A program made the translations under genes and the position numbers. Shown here one piece after another: positions 25,388-39,059 of a DNA stretch of 64,000 bases. Below the pieces are notes generated by a model. The model had not been told where the DNA came from. It saw only the letters and a program-made list of their open reading frames with translations, and did no database searches. The stretch comes from the human T2T-CHM13v2.0 reference genome, Homo sapiens, in assembly GCF_009914755.1 (NCBI RefSeq), contig NC_060942.1, one strand, 5' to 3'. Position 1 is the first letter of the stretch, and each line of letters opens with the position of its first letter.

Positions 25388-26237
25388 CTCACTTCTGTTT
25401 TCTTCCTCTCTTCCTCCCATAGGACTGGTTGGGAACCAACCCCCCCTCACAAGTCCTCCCCTGCCCCCATCCCTCCAGATGAAGCCTCTGGGCTAGAGGC
25501 CCACCTGCTTGGTTCTTGGGCTTCTGGCTTCCTGGAGAGGCCCCTTCTGCCTTCCCGGCTGGTCAGGGAGGCAAGTTCCACACAGCCCCTTGCAGACCCA
25601 TGCTGCCCTAGACCTTGAATCAGTGCTGGCATGGCGACAGGCTGTTCCTCACACTAGGAGGGTCGCATCTGCGGCCCATGTCCTCCCTCTGGTCCAGCCC
25701 AGCTCACAGGAGCCCAACACTGGGCTTGGGCCCAAAGCCTCCACAGTGTTCACTTATTTGCCTGAACTTGGCCCTGCTGCATACACCCCCTGGGGCAGGG
25801 GCGATTGTTCTCAACAGCATCTATTGTTTGCTGAATCCTGTGCCCAGCCCTCAGGCTCCGCACCACTTTCATTGGTTCCTAATATTCAAAGAGTCTCTCC
25901 CCAAGAAGGGCACTCCTGAATGAGGCCCCCGCCGTCTTCTGGGTCCCTGGTATGGAGGGGCCCCAAGCAGGCCCCTTCTTCCCAGAACCAACATGTCACA
26001 GGTTCCAGCCTGTTCCCCTCCCCTGGCAACCAAGCCCAAGGGCTCAGCCTGCTGGAGTAGGTTCTGAGCCCCCACCCCTGTAAACACAAGGCCCAGCTGC
26101 ATTTTATTTTAATAGAGAGATGGACAGAGGGCTATGGGAGACAGAAGGATCTTAGCAAGCATCAGAGAGTAAGGTCGCTTTCTCCTACCATAAATTTTGT
26201 GTCAATTAACGAGTATTCATGAACGATGCCAGAATGC

Positions 26238-26240
<3 letters not shown>

Positions 26241-26279
<39 letters not shown>
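26241..26279. repeat. (TG)19 microsatellite
   Basis: Perfect uninterrupted TG run. Confidence 0.97.
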
Positions 26280-26281
<2 letters not shown>

Positions 26282-26369
26282 CCTTGATTTGTAACCAAAT
26301 CAGTGGGGCTTCCTCTGGGGCTGGTGGTCTGGGAAAGTGTGTGTGTGAGCTCATTCAGGTGTTCATTTA

Positions 26370-26590
26370 GAGAGACAGTGTAGTACAAGGTTAGAAGCAA
26401 GTTTTCTGGAGCCACACACACTGTGTGGGTTCAAATTCTGCCTCTGCCCCTTTAAGCCATATGGGTGTGATCCTGGGCCAGCTGCTTACCTTTTCTGTCT
26501 CAGTTTTCCTATCCGTTAAATGGGGTTAATAAAACACTCAGCAGAGTGCCTCACACAGAGAAAGAACTTAATCGATGTTAGCTACGATTA
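26370..26590 (+). mobile_element. MIR
   Basis: ctggagcca..tgggttcaaattctgcctctgcc..gtgtgatcctgggc..tctgtctcagttttcctatc.gttaaatgggg..atgttagcta. Confidence 0.78.
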
Positions 26591-26649
26591 TGACCTTGGC
26601 ACTATGGGGGGACGTAATGCTAAATATTCACTCCACACATGTTTTTTAT

Positions 26650-26940
26650 AGTCAAAAGGAAAGCAGCATGGCACATGCAATGGTGTAGGTGGATCTGAAT
26701 ACATTATTAAGTGAAAAAGGCTGCAGTGATTACATACAGCATAACAGGCTTTGAACAAGGCTAAAAGTAATGATAATAAAATGTATATTTTTAGGAATAT
26801 ATATAAGTGGAATAAAATGGTTGCCGTGGGAGGCCCGGGAATGTTTGGATGTAGGCATTTGTCCAATCTTAGCTTTGTTTTGGGCAATGGGTTCTTGGGT
26901 GCTTATTACATTAATAAAAACAACCAAGTAAATACATAAT
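26650..26940 (+). mobile_element. Old L1M (L1ME-like) 3' fragment
   Basis: gtggatctgaatacattattaagtgaaaaa..attacatacagcata..tttaggaatatatata..aaatggttgcc. Confidence 0.55.
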
Positions 26941-27059
26941 TAAATAAAGGCAGCCCACACACAGACCAATAAAGAGACTGTCACATGCCAAATATTGTGG
27001 TTAAATACCAATAGTTCAAAAGCAGGGAAAACAGAAACAAATACACAGAGTGACAGTTG

Positions 27060-27715
27060 CAGGCTAGAAACTGTCTGGGCCGTGGGTTTATATCAGTGAA
27101 TAGAATAGAAAAAAATTCCCAGCCTCTGGGAGCTCACATTCCAGTGCAGGGAGATGAGTAAGCAAAAGATAAAATGTTGATATCCAAGTGTGTTAGGAAG
27201 AGAAATGAGGAAGATTCAGGAGACAGGAAGTAGACAGGCAGAGAAGGCTTCACCGAGAAAGGGACATGCAAGCAAACTGGAGAAGAAGGAGAAGGAGGGA
27301 TCATGAGGGTTCTGGAGGCCAAGCTTCCAGGCAAAGGGCATATCCCAGGCCAAGGCCCTCAGGCAAGAATGCGCTAGCACAGGGGGTTCAGTGTGGCGGG
27401 AGTGGAGCGAGGGGGAAGTGGGTAGATGGGTAGGTGGGAAGATGGAACAGGTCATTTGATTCTTGCAGGCTGCTGTGGGGACTTGGCATTGACTGAGTGA
27501 CATGGTGGGGAGAGGGCACTGGAAGGCTCTCAGCAAGGCAGGAAACATCTGACACATGTCAGAGGATCCTGCTGTCCGCTGCGCCTAGGAGAACTGGGGG
27601 CAGAGGCTGGGAGGCCAATCAGTAGGCTATTGTGCTAATCCAGGTGAGAGGTGACGGCTGCCAGCACCTGAGAGATGACAGTGGAAGAGGTGAGAAGCGG
27701 CCAAACCCCGGATAT
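27060..27715 (-). mobile_element. L2a LINE fragment
   Basis: Purine-rich antisense L2: ggagctcacattccagtg..gaaggcttcaccgagaa..ttccaggcaaaggg..caaggccct..aggctattg..taatccaggtgagag..gaggtgagaagcgg. Confidence 0.8.
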
Positions 27716-28155
27716 CATGATGACACAGCTGCTGCTCTCCTGGGGGCTCCCAGGCTGACAGCCAAGGCCAGACATGCAATATAAAATCTACCCTAAATGC
27801 TATATCAGAGGCCAAGCCCAGTGGGCACTTCCTGTCTCCTTCCCTCCCTTGCAGTTCTGAAGGGCACTTGCCAGCTGCAGGAAGTGCACTGGCAGCTGCG
27901 GCCCTGCTTCTCAGACCCCGGCTCAGGCGGCCACCACCTCTGATTCCACATGCTCTTTCCCAACTCCTCCTACAGCCAGCCTGACCAGAAACCCTGACCA
28001 TCTGTGCGGCCAGGGGGCTGACTATCCTTCCCCACCCAGGGCCTGCCAGCCCCATGCCTGCCTCCCTGAGCTCCAACCAGGGGTCCTGTTGTGTCCTCAT
28101 TATAGGCCTCAATGTGGCCAGACTGTCAGAGCCCAGGAAGGTTTAGGTTTTATGT

Positions 28156-28330
28156 CAGTGGTTCTCTACCTTAGCTGCCCATTGAAATCACCTAGAGAAA
28201 TTCATAAATTATTGGTGCCTGAGTCTCACCCCACGACTGTTATAATAGGTCTGGCATATAGCCTCGGCACTGGAATTTTCTCAAAGCTTCCAGGTGATTC
28301 TAACATGCAGTCCAGGGTGGGGAACCACTG
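28156..28330. mobile_element. MER5B MITE
   Basis: TIRs cagtggttctc / ggaaccactg; aatcacct..aaagcttccaggtgattctaacatgcag. Confidence 0.85.
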
Positions 28331-29347
28331 CTCAGGTGGCCTGGTCTAGCTCCCCTGTCCCTCTCCCTTGTGGGTGTGTCATGCCACAAGCCTCCATTCA
28401 GCCACTTGCTCTCCCAGACAAAGCCCTGGCTGGTGCATCCTCCACAGATGTGAGGCACCTCTGGAGGGCTTGCTCAGCCCAGAGATGAGCTGACTGTACC
28501 CAAGCTGGCAGGCACTGTGCTGGGTAGAGCATGTACCCACCTACCTCACATGATGGGCTGGAAACTTGGGACTTTTTGCAGGACCGCCTCGCAGCCTGGA
28601 GAGTTGAGTGGATATCCAGGACCACCAGCTTCCCCAGGCTGATTCTAAGGCCAGAAAAGCCCTGCAGCTCAGATATCTGCAATCAAAGCTGCACTGGACT
28701 GCTTCCCCTCCCCAGCTCCTCCCCATCCCCATCCTTGCCCCTTTAGGACGAGGACTTGGAATGCATTTTTATTAGACTTTCCCTAGGTGAAAATGGTGCT
28801 GGGCTAGGGGTGGGGAAACTGGATGGAGTGTGATTTACACTTCCCCTGCGTCCTCACACCTCCCAAGGGCAGCCAGCCTCAGCAGCCTGCTCACAGAGCC
28901 ACTGAAGATGGGCTGCACGGTGCAGGCTGCGTGCCGATCCGCCCCAGCCGAGAGCAGCATCTCTGCATAAGCACCCCCATCTCAATCTCCAATGAGCTGG
29001 AGTCTGTTTGGTAAATGGGATGGAAGGAGGAGGTGGATGCTGATGTCTGTAAGGTTCTGGCAAAGCCAACACTCAGAGAAATTACTCTTATTCCCCAGAC
29101 CCCATTCACAGCGGATCAGGCTGTCCCTATTATATTTTATCTTTGCTCCAAACAGCTCCTTTGATTCACACCTGCCTCTAAGTTCTATCTCCAGGCCTCC
29201 ATCCCTGCATAGCCCCAAACAAGAGAGGCCATTTTCCCTAGAGAGAGGCTTCCTAGCTTCCTCCTGCCCCTCCTTAGAGACGATGGCCTTCATCAGATTA
29301 GTTTCCAGTGGACTTGGCTTGCCCATAGCCCTCCTATAAACCCTAAG

Positions 29348-29568
29348 CAGGATTTCTCAATCTCAGCACTGACACTCTGGGCTGCTGTGTCAGGTGGGGA
29401 GAGGAAGGGAGGCTGTCCCAGGCATTGCAGGATGTCTAGCAGCATCCCTGACCTCCACCTACTCAATGCCAGCAGCACTCCCCTCCCAAGTCTGGGACAA
29501 TCCCAGACCTCACCACCAAATGTCCCCTGGAAGAGAGTGGACAAAATTATCCTGGCTAGGAAACACTG
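29348..29568 (-). mobile_element. MER20 MITE
   Basis: caggatttctcaatctcagcact..ggctgtccc.ggcattgcaggatgtctagcagcatccctg.cctc.accta..atgccag..ccaaatgtcccctgg..gaaacactg. Confidence 0.85.
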
Positions 29569-29668
29569 TGCTATAGCAATGTGACGGGAGGCCTCAGGAA
29601 GGCAAGAACCATGTCAGCACTTCTGAGAGACAGCTCAGCGGGTGGCCAGTTCAGAAAACCAAGCTCTG

Positions 29669-30359
29669 ATAATCAAAACATAACAGATGTTGGCGTGGAT
29701 GCGATAAAAAGGGAACACTTCTATACTGTTGGTGGGAATGTAAACTAGCGCAACCACTGTGGAAAACGGTGTGGAGATTCCTTAAAGAACTAACAATAGA
29801 TCTACCATTTGATCCAGCAATTCCACTACTGGGTATCTACCCCGAGGAAAGTAAGTCATTATACAAAAAAGATACTTGCACTTGCATGTTTATAGCAGCA
29901 CAATTCGCAATTGCAAAAATGTGGAACCAACCCAAATATCAGTCAATCAATGAGTGGATAAAGCAACTGTGGTATATATATATATGACGGAATACTACTC
30001 AGCCATAAAAAGGAATGAATTAATGGCATTCACAGCAACCTGGATGGGATTGGAGACTATTATTCTAAGTGAAGTAACTTAGGAATGGAAAACCAAACAT
30101 CATATGTTCTCTTTCACAAGTGGAAACTAAGCTGTGAGGATGCAAAGGCATAAGAATAATACAATGGACGTTGGGGACTCAGGGGAAAGGGTGGGAGGGG
30201 TGACAGATAAAACACTACAAATTGGGTTCAGTGTATTCTGCTCGAGTGCACCAACATCTCACAAATCACCACTAAGGAACATACTTATTTAACCAACCAC
30301 CTGTTCCCCAAAAACCTATGGAAATAAAAAATTGAAAGAAAATATCAATTTAAAAAAAA
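29669..30359 (+). mobile_element. 5'-truncated L1 (L1PB1-like): ORF2 C-terminus, 3'UTR and poly-A
   Basis: ORF 29769-29987 [24 protein letters not shown]...MFIAAQFAIAKMWNQPK is the L1 ORF2p C-terminus, broken near the (TA)n run; aataaa and A tail; degenerate TSD aaaaccaagctctg / aaagccagactctg. Confidence 0.93.
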
Positions 30360-30439
30360 GCCAGACTCTGCATTAAGGAATGGTATGATCTTGTGAGGAG
30401 GTCTAACATCTCTGGGCTTCAGTGTCACCCTCTGGCCAA

Positions 30440-30632
30440 TATTTGTACAGGGCTGGTACTATGATAAGTGCCTTCTGCAGGTTTTCTTACATAATCCTCA
30501 CAACATTCCTCTGGGGAAGGCGTTGTCCCTATTTTACAGCTGGAGAAATTGAGCATGGGGGAAGTTAGGCAACTTGCTCAGGAGCACACAACAAGACAAA
30601 GCAGTTTGACTCCAGAGCCTATGGTCTCACCC
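30440..30632 (-). mobile_element. MIR
   Basis: taatcctcacaaca...ccctattttacag.tggagaaattgag..gaagttaggcaacttgctcagg..tgactccagagcc. Confidence 0.75.
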
Positions 30633-30989
30633 ATGTGGGTCTTATCCACGGTCTGTACTCCCTCCCTTAAAGCTGAGGGTGGGCCTGAGATGACCACCAA
30701 AGTCCTTTGCAGTTCTATGACTTTGCCATTCTTTTGATTTTGCTGCTACAAAATGAGGGTTCACTGGGGATCCTGTATTCTTTGTATTTCCCTGCCCCTT
30801 TAGGACACAGCTTGCTCATACCTTCCTTCACCCAGTGATTTAACATGCTCCTACTGTGGGCTGTGCAGTGAGTAAGGATCCGGCAGTTCAGTTGTCAATG
30901 AGGTGTGCAGTTTACCCTCCAGTGAAGAGGCAGATATTAAACATCTACTTATAACTGTAAATAAATGAGACATTTATTTACAACTGTGA

Positions 30990-31338
30990 TGCTATGGTCT
31001 GAATGTGTGTATACTCCCAAAACTCATATGCTGAAACCCTAATCGCAATGGTGATGGGATTAGGGCCTTTGGGAGGTGATAAGATCAGAAGGGCAGAGCC
31101 TCATGAATAGAATTGGTGCCTTTTTAAAAGAGGCCCCAGAGAGCTGCCTTGACCCTTCCACCATGTGAAGACGGTACAGGAAGGCACCATCTATGAGAAA
31201 GTGGGTCCTCACCAGACACCAAATCTGCTGGCACCTTGATCTTGGACCTCCCAGCTTCCAGAATCGTGAGTAGCAAATTTGTTGTTTGTGAACTCTCAGT
31301 CTATGATATTGTTACCACAGCCCAAATGGACTAAGAAG
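30990..31338 (+). mobile_element. MaLR solo LTR, MLT1A0-like
   Basis: tgctatggtctgaatgt...gggcctttgggaggtgat...ctcaccagacaccaaatctgctggcaccttgatcttggac...cagcccaaatggactaaga. Confidence 0.9.
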
Positions 31339-31489
31339 CATGTAAACAGGGGCCCAACCCAGCCCAGAGGGCCAGGGAATGGACCATCTAGCTGCCCTCT
31401 GATGGGTGAGCTGGAGTCAACCCGGAGAAGGCAAGGGAAGCCATCACCCCAAGAGAGCAGTGTGCACACCACCCTAAGATGGGAAAGAG

Positions 31490-31733
31490 TACTATGTGCT
31501 GAGCCAGGATCTGGGGTTCAGGTGTCAGTGAGGCATGCAGTTTACCCTCCAGTGAGGAGGTGGATTAGGAATTAAACATCTATTTACAACTGTAAATAAA
31601 TGAGACATCTATTTACAACTGTGATGCTATGGTCTGAATGTGTGGATACCCCAAAAACTCACATGTAGAAACCCTAATCCCTAGGGTGATGGGATTAGGG
31701 CCTATGGGAGGTGATGAGTTCATAAGGGCAGAG
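31490..31733 (+). repeat. Direct duplicate of 30852-31098 (L2 segment plus MLT1A0 5' end)
   Basis: Both copies share gcagtttaccctccagtga, aactgtaaataaatgagacat and acaactgtga|tgctatggtctgaatgtgtg ... aagggcagag. Confidence 0.9.
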
Positions 31734-33170
31734 AAACCAAAAGGGAAGAGGATGCTAGAGGAGGCTGATGAGGTGAGCAGAACCTTGTAGGCCCTGAGAA
31801 GAATATCTTACCTTTATCCTAAAAGCAAGAAGAGGCTATGAGAGGGTTTAAATAAGAGAATGACATGCTCAGATAAGCATGCTTAGCAGAGCAATTCCTG
31901 TGTGCTGCGTGAAGACTGGGTTGGGCTGGGGATGGTGGCAGGAAACGCCGGGGGACCTGTCTGGGCTGGTCCAGGGAAGGGGGTGGTGAGCTGGACCACA
32001 TGACGACTCAGGAGCAGAGAGAAGTGGCAGAGTCCAGAGGCATTAACACACAGAGCGGGCAGAGCCACCGTGGATGTGATGCGAGAGGGTGCGTAGAAGC
32101 AGGGTTAGCAGACAGGAGGACAATGGAGCTGTTTACAGGACAGAGTCAGTTCCCAGGGCTGTGGGGACTATGTCGGGAGCTCCCTTTGGCCACACTGAGT
32201 TTGAAAGGTGCTGTGCATGGTAACATGGGATTGAATGACTGATTGGTCTACTAACTGATTAATTGATAAGTGATCCTGAGACCTCTTTCTAAGATGAAAC
32301 TCACTTTGAGGACCCTGGCTGACTCAGATACACCCTGGACAAGCACAGATAGAAAACAAAGAAGGCACACATGCAGCAGGAATGCCTTGGAGGGGAAGAG
32401 CCCACATAATGGAAATCTAAGTTATTATTACTATTACCTTATCAGATCTGACAAGATCACAGTCAAAGGTGGGGCCGTAGCAGCCTGTAATACAATATAA
32501 ATGGGATCTCTGGTGGCAGTTGGCCATTGCATTGATTCTTATTCACTCAGAAGCTAAATCACAGGGCTAATATGAAACATGTGTGAAATACCCCTTTTTC
32601 ATGCACTAGCAATGAAAGGCTTTCACAAATCTGCAGCCAAATGAATGTACTTACTGAGTAATAGGAATGTGCACATGGGCATCATTTTATTACCACATAC
32701 AGGCCAGCTTCATCAAAGCTTTGATTTCACATTGAAGAAAGTGCTCCAGCTACCCAGGGAGGTAAAGGATTGCCAGCACAAGGTCCCAGGTTGGGAAAGT
32801 GACTTTTGATTTGATATCCAAGGCCTGAGGATTTCAACAGTGTACATAACATCATTTGGTTGCTTGTAGAACCACGGAATGTCAGCATGGGACAGTATCT
32901 CAGGTCATGTAGCTCACCTGCATGACAGGTGAAGAAAGGGCTTGTGGAGGGTCACCTAGTTCACCAGCAACAGATCAGGGACTGGAATCCATCCTTTGAC
33001 TAGTGTAGGCCATGGCCATTCCTACCACTGGATTCAGGACCCATAAGTCTTCACCAAAACCACCATAGGAAATGACAGCAAAGACTATTATCTAACAGCT
33101 CAGGAAGGCAAGCAAAGGACACGGTATCTTGGCAAGCATTTCGGTTAAAGTGCTGGGGGACAGAGCATAA

Positions 33171-34040
<870 letters not shown>

Positions 34041-34526
34041 TCCAACTAAACACAAGAGGAAACGCAATAATAACACAAAGTCCTGCAGGTGCAAGAGCCA
34101 AAAATTGTTCCCTTCTGCCTTCTCAGAAAAATGGATGCAAATGGTGCCATGCCTGGGTTCCCACCCTCACATCAGCCCAGAAAGTGGAGGGTGAGTCACC
34201 AGCCTCTGGCCTGGAGGAGGAGGGAACAGAGCACAGAGAAAGCCCGGTCTGCTGGGCAGCCTGCTCAGGCTGGTCACAGTGGCCTGGTCTCTCTGTCTCT
34301 TCGTGGAAAAGATTAGGAAGGCTGGATGGCCTGGGACCTGAATCAGGCCAGTTCCACTCGAGGCCTGCCCTTCTCTGGAGGGCTATGCCCACGTCTGCTC
34401 CATGACCCACCCCCGAATCACCATCATCCCAGCTCCTGATACCCTGTGGTTCCAGGAACAACCACACTGTACTAAGCGCAGTGTTCAAATTCTCAGGACC
34501 CCACCAGCACACTTGATTCACAAATA

Positions 34527-34621
34527 TACGCTCATTTTAAGGCCATGTGGTATATGGAAAGAGCACAAGGCTGTGAGTCAGGAGATAGGAGTTCCAGCCC
34601 AGCTTTGCCGTGAACTCACTG
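34527..34621 (+). repeat. Inverted duplicate (left arm) of 35789-35883
   Basis: 95 bp, 87/95 identical to the reverse complement of 35789-35883 by manual alignment. Confidence 0.93.
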
Positions 34622-35065
34622 ATCCCCAGCTCACAGCCATGAGCACACTTGATCCACTGCTCATCCCACCCTCCCAGGGCCTTCCTCACTGTTCCCAGTC
34701 TCGATCCCAGCTTTGGCCCTAGTGCCAAAGCTCTGGGGGTACAATGCCCCACACCCTGGCATTGCTAAGCCACAGTACTTGGAGAAGAATCGCTGGAGAT
34801 GAGAGAGGGCAGGGCCCTCAGCTGAGGATGGAGGCTTCAGCTGTGCAAACATGCTCTTCCCCTCCGTCTCTTCTCTGACCCCTTATTGGAGGAGGAGGGG
34901 GGCACCCAAACAGCAAATCAATTAAAAGTTACTGCTACCACCCAGATGTCCATACATGAGGTTAAATTAATTGTCTGATTAATGAATTATATCCATATTA
35001 CAGAAAACCATGTTATAAAGAATTACGGCCATATATATAAACAGTTTTTTTAAGATATTAAGTGA

Positions 35066-35343
<278 letters not shown>

Positions 35344-35739
35344 TTAAGTGAAAACACAAGCTGAAGAACATAATATTTAGTTTGATCCCATTTTTGTTTA
35401 ATATGTATCTATTTTCCAGATCCATGGTAATAGTAGAGATATAGACAGTGACACGGATGTGGATCCGGCTATAGATAAAGCAATTCCCTAAATTGTAGAT
35501 AGTGATGATCTGTGGTGATGAGGGGTAGTATCACAAGTTCCTTCACTCTCTCATAGAAGTTAAATACTTCTATGTTGTTATTTTTTTCTGATACAAAGCA
35601 GTTATTATTTTTGTAATTTGAACAAAGATCTTTCAAATTTACTGCATATCTACTATATACCTGGTTGGGCTGGCCCAAATGATGTCCAAAGTAAGTCAGA
35701 GGCTCAGGGGAGGAACCCCCCTCCCAACCCTGCCCCATC

Positions 35740-35870
35740 CATCAGATGGGAACCTGGGGCCCAGGGAGGTCTCGTGGTTGGCAGCACACAGTGAGTTCAT
35801 GGCAAAGCTGGGCTGGAATGCCTATCTCCTGACTCACAGTCTTGTACTCTTTCCATATACCACGTAGCCT
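35740..35870 (-). mobile_element. MIR (overlaps the right arm of the inverted duplicate)
   Basis: cagatgggaacctggggcccagggagg..cacacagtgagttcatggcaaagctgggctggaa..tctcctgactc..ctctttcca. Confidence 0.7.
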
Positions 35871-37019
35871 TAAAATGAGTGTATTTTTAGGGGAGGAGGG
35901 TTCTTGATGTGCCTGGTAGGGAAAAAGCAGTGGAAATACTGCCCCCGCCCCACAAAAAAAAAATTAAATTTCACTTTCCAGGACTCACTACATGGCCGCC
36001 AGGTCAATACCGCCACTTCCTAAAAGTCAGCCATTGACTGATGGAAGATTCCAGACAAGTGTTCATTTAAAGATGAACCATTAACCGTAAATCAAAGCCC
36101 AGAGTGAGTGCTGAGTTACAAAACTAATTAGAATGAGTGGGTAAATGGATGGCTGGTCTCAGTCCCAGTGGCCACCTGACTGTTATCCACCAGGGCTGGG
36201 AGAAGATATATTCTCTGAGTCATAAAAGCAACACAGGGTCAGAGAAGGCTTCTTTAAGAAGTCTCTCTCTAATATAAAAATAATCACCACCATCTCCTCA
36301 AAAGGCAGCCAAAATGGCAGGGCACACATTGATCAATTAACAAGTATTATTAAACCTCTTATTCCACTGAGCTTGGAAGGCCCAGCGGCCTCTTCCATTT
36401 GACCACCACTTTACAACGCAGAAAGGCTTTAACTCATCATCCTGTTGGATCCCCTGTGCCCTGTTGCTGGTACTTTTTAACCTCCATTTTTGTGTCTGCA
36501 GAAGTGATTAGTGACATGTTCAGGGGCGTGCAAAGCTGACAGGCAGAGCTAGGCGCTGCTGTTGCCCCCATGCCACACTCTGCTGAGGGGCTGCAGAAGG
36601 AAAGGAAACTAAACAACCTCTGAGAAAGTAAAACAACCAAAAGTACAACCCAAGCCAGTCCAGAGTTGGTGCTGATCTGTCACCCTCCCAGACCACCTGC
36701 ACTACAAAATGCAAACACATTTTTCCACCCTGAGATTTTTGTCTTCTGGGTGCAGTTTATGTATGTGTGTTTGCACATATGAATACACATATGTGCATCT
36801 TTAGTGTTTGACTCTTTGTACTCCTTGAAGTGTTTGTACCGACACTGTCCATTAAACTCTCGCCTTAGGGTCAGTAAGACAGGCAATCTATTTCCATTTA
36901 ATAGATAAGGAAGCTGAGGCTCAGTGCATCTCGCCCCATGTCTTATTATTCCTCAGTGGCAGAGTAGGGAGGGACAAAAACTAAAAGTTGTTGAGGGCTC
37001 ACTGGATCAAGAACTGTCC

Positions 37020-37180
37020 ATGTCATCTCATTTTGCACCTACAACAATCCCGGGAGGGAGATTTGCTTTCCCCATGTTACACTTGCGGACAGCAAGGCTC
37101 AGGGAGACTGTCACCTTCCCCGAGTGGCAGAGCCAGAACTCAACATCAGGGCTCTCTGAGCTCAAAGCTGAGGTTCTGTG
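37020..37180 (-). mobile_element. MIR
   Basis: atctcatttt..cctacaacaatcc..tccccatgttaca..aggctcagggaga..gagtggcagagccagaactcaac. Confidence 0.65.
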
Positions 37181-38439
37181 GTTGCTGTGCAAGTCCACAG
37201 TGGGGGTCAACTCTGTGCCAGGCACTGAGTAAGTCCTTTCCCAAAATATCAGTACTGGCAATAGCTTATGCGTAGCCTTCTAACAAGCTCGGAGGGAGCT
37301 AAGCTCTGTCTAGGGCTCTTGAGGACAGGGCATGCCCCAGCATGTCTTTAAATCCTGGCATGGCCCAGAGCAGGGCACCTGGGCACGGGATGTACCTTGT
37401 TGAGGTCTCCACCACAGTGCCATCCTTTTCTAGGGCCTTCTCTTTAATTTCTGCTGTGCAAATTAAAGGATGATGTGGACTTTTAGGTAGCATGAGCTCT
37501 TGCCTGCTGTTCACATCCTGAATAACTCCATGCACACTCAGTGAGGCGAGTCAGTGCCCCCAAACAGCTCTCTGCACCCAAGAAACCGGGCCAGCTTCAT
37601 GGTGTGCCTCAGATCCCCTCACCTCCACTCAAGTCACCACTGCCAGCCTTTTCCAATGTTTCCATTAGAGTTTGTCATCTCTCACTGCCCTAAAAAGTGA
37701 TATGATGATGATGATGATGACAAACATTTCCACATGAAGGCTTGGGTGTCTGAGTCATATTTTGTTGCTTTGTCCCAGTGGTTTCTGTATTTAAAAAAAA
37801 AAAAAACTGAAAAGAGAGGGCAGGACTGAGTGAGTGTGGGCAGGATGAGTAATCCCAGCCTTGCTGGGTCCTGGTGGGAAGAAGAAAAGGGGGTGGAGAC
37901 AGAATGGAAGAGAAGATGGGAGTGGCTGTGAGGGCTGGGCAGGGGGAGCATCTACCCCAGCTCCGGACAGGTAGGACTTGGGCCCCCAAAGTCAGATAGC
38001 ATTGAAATCCAAACAAGGTTTATGTGCTCAGCTGCAGAATGTGGGCGTGCGGAGGCAAGGGCAGTGTTCCAACCAAGTGATCCATAACCAACAAAGGGAG
38101 AGCCCATCTAAATCTGCCCCAGACTTTCAGGTCAAGGGTTCCCTCCTCCAGGTGGCCTTTGCACACCACCCCAGCCAAGAGTGATCCCCCTTTCCTCTGA
38201 ACCTGAACCACTCATTTGTCCCGGGGGCCAGAAGGCTTTGCTAGCCTCCATCCCTGTGTATTTTCATTGCTTCCCCAATTCCATCATGATTTCCCGAAGG
38301 ACAGGGAACTTGTCTTCCCACCTCTGTGTCTTAGACGGCACCTTGCAGACAGAGCCATGCTGCATGAGCCACCAAGAAATGTTTGTGGACCAAAGTCTCA
38401 GAAAATGGTACCAAATAATAATCACACAACTTATCCTTC

Positions 38440-38620
38440 GATCTTGGGCTTTATGCTATACAAAGCCATGTCACATTCTTGTGAGGTAGGTGGCAAGTGA
38501 TATTAAGTTCATTTTACAGATAGAAAAACTGAGGCTCGTGCAGCATGGAATCTGAGTGGCTGCCCAATGACTAGTGAGTAACCAGAAACAGTTCTGGAAC
38601 CCAGGATTCTAACTTTATTC
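38440..38620 (-). mobile_element. MIR
   Basis: tgtgaggtagg..cattttacagatagaaaaactgaggctc..ctggaacccagg. Confidence 0.65.
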
Positions 38621-39059
38621 TGATTTTCCTTGGAGGGACTCAAAGTTTCTATTTCCTTTGAAGCACATAACAAATAATTTTGGGGCACACTGCATTACGA
38701 TAGCCCATCCCCGTCCAAGAGGTACAGTGTATATTAGCATCACCAAGGCTCTGAAGAAATCTCTTTGGCTTAGTTCAGTGCAGCCTTCTCCAAACTTGCC
38801 TTACCCTGAAATCTTTTTGCATGTGACCCTACCGTATTCTATACTGAGCAAATGTTCTGTACTGTCACTTTCCCGAAGGGTAAACCACGCTCCCAGGACA
38901 AGCTGTATATTATTGGCATAGAAAGGCTTAAGCTAGATAAACAAAGCTCTAATGGTGAAATTTCAGGGCTCAGCCAGCTGGTAGGAACATTTCCACTTCT
39001 TTTTTTAATCACTGAAATGTTCAAAGAGACACAAAATGTTTGTGTATGTTGTTCACTAA

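Larger units (their letters stand above)
30820..32230 (-). mobile_element. Fragmented L2, interrupted by MLT1A0 and a local duplication
   Basis: Antisense L2 motifs at 30820-30989, 31340-31490 and 31740-32230 (ccttgtaggcc..ctttatccta..gagggtttaaata.gagaatgacatg.tcagat). Confidence 0.6.

Noticed and set aside
29769-29987. ORF with clear protein similarity (WRFLKEL...[11 protein letters not shown])
   Set aside because: Decayed C-terminus of L1 ORF2p in a 5'-truncated element, not a host gene.
30990-31733. Two MLT1A0 5' ends as a two-LTR element
   Set aside because: The second copy shares the upstream flank, so it is a local duplication (see findings).
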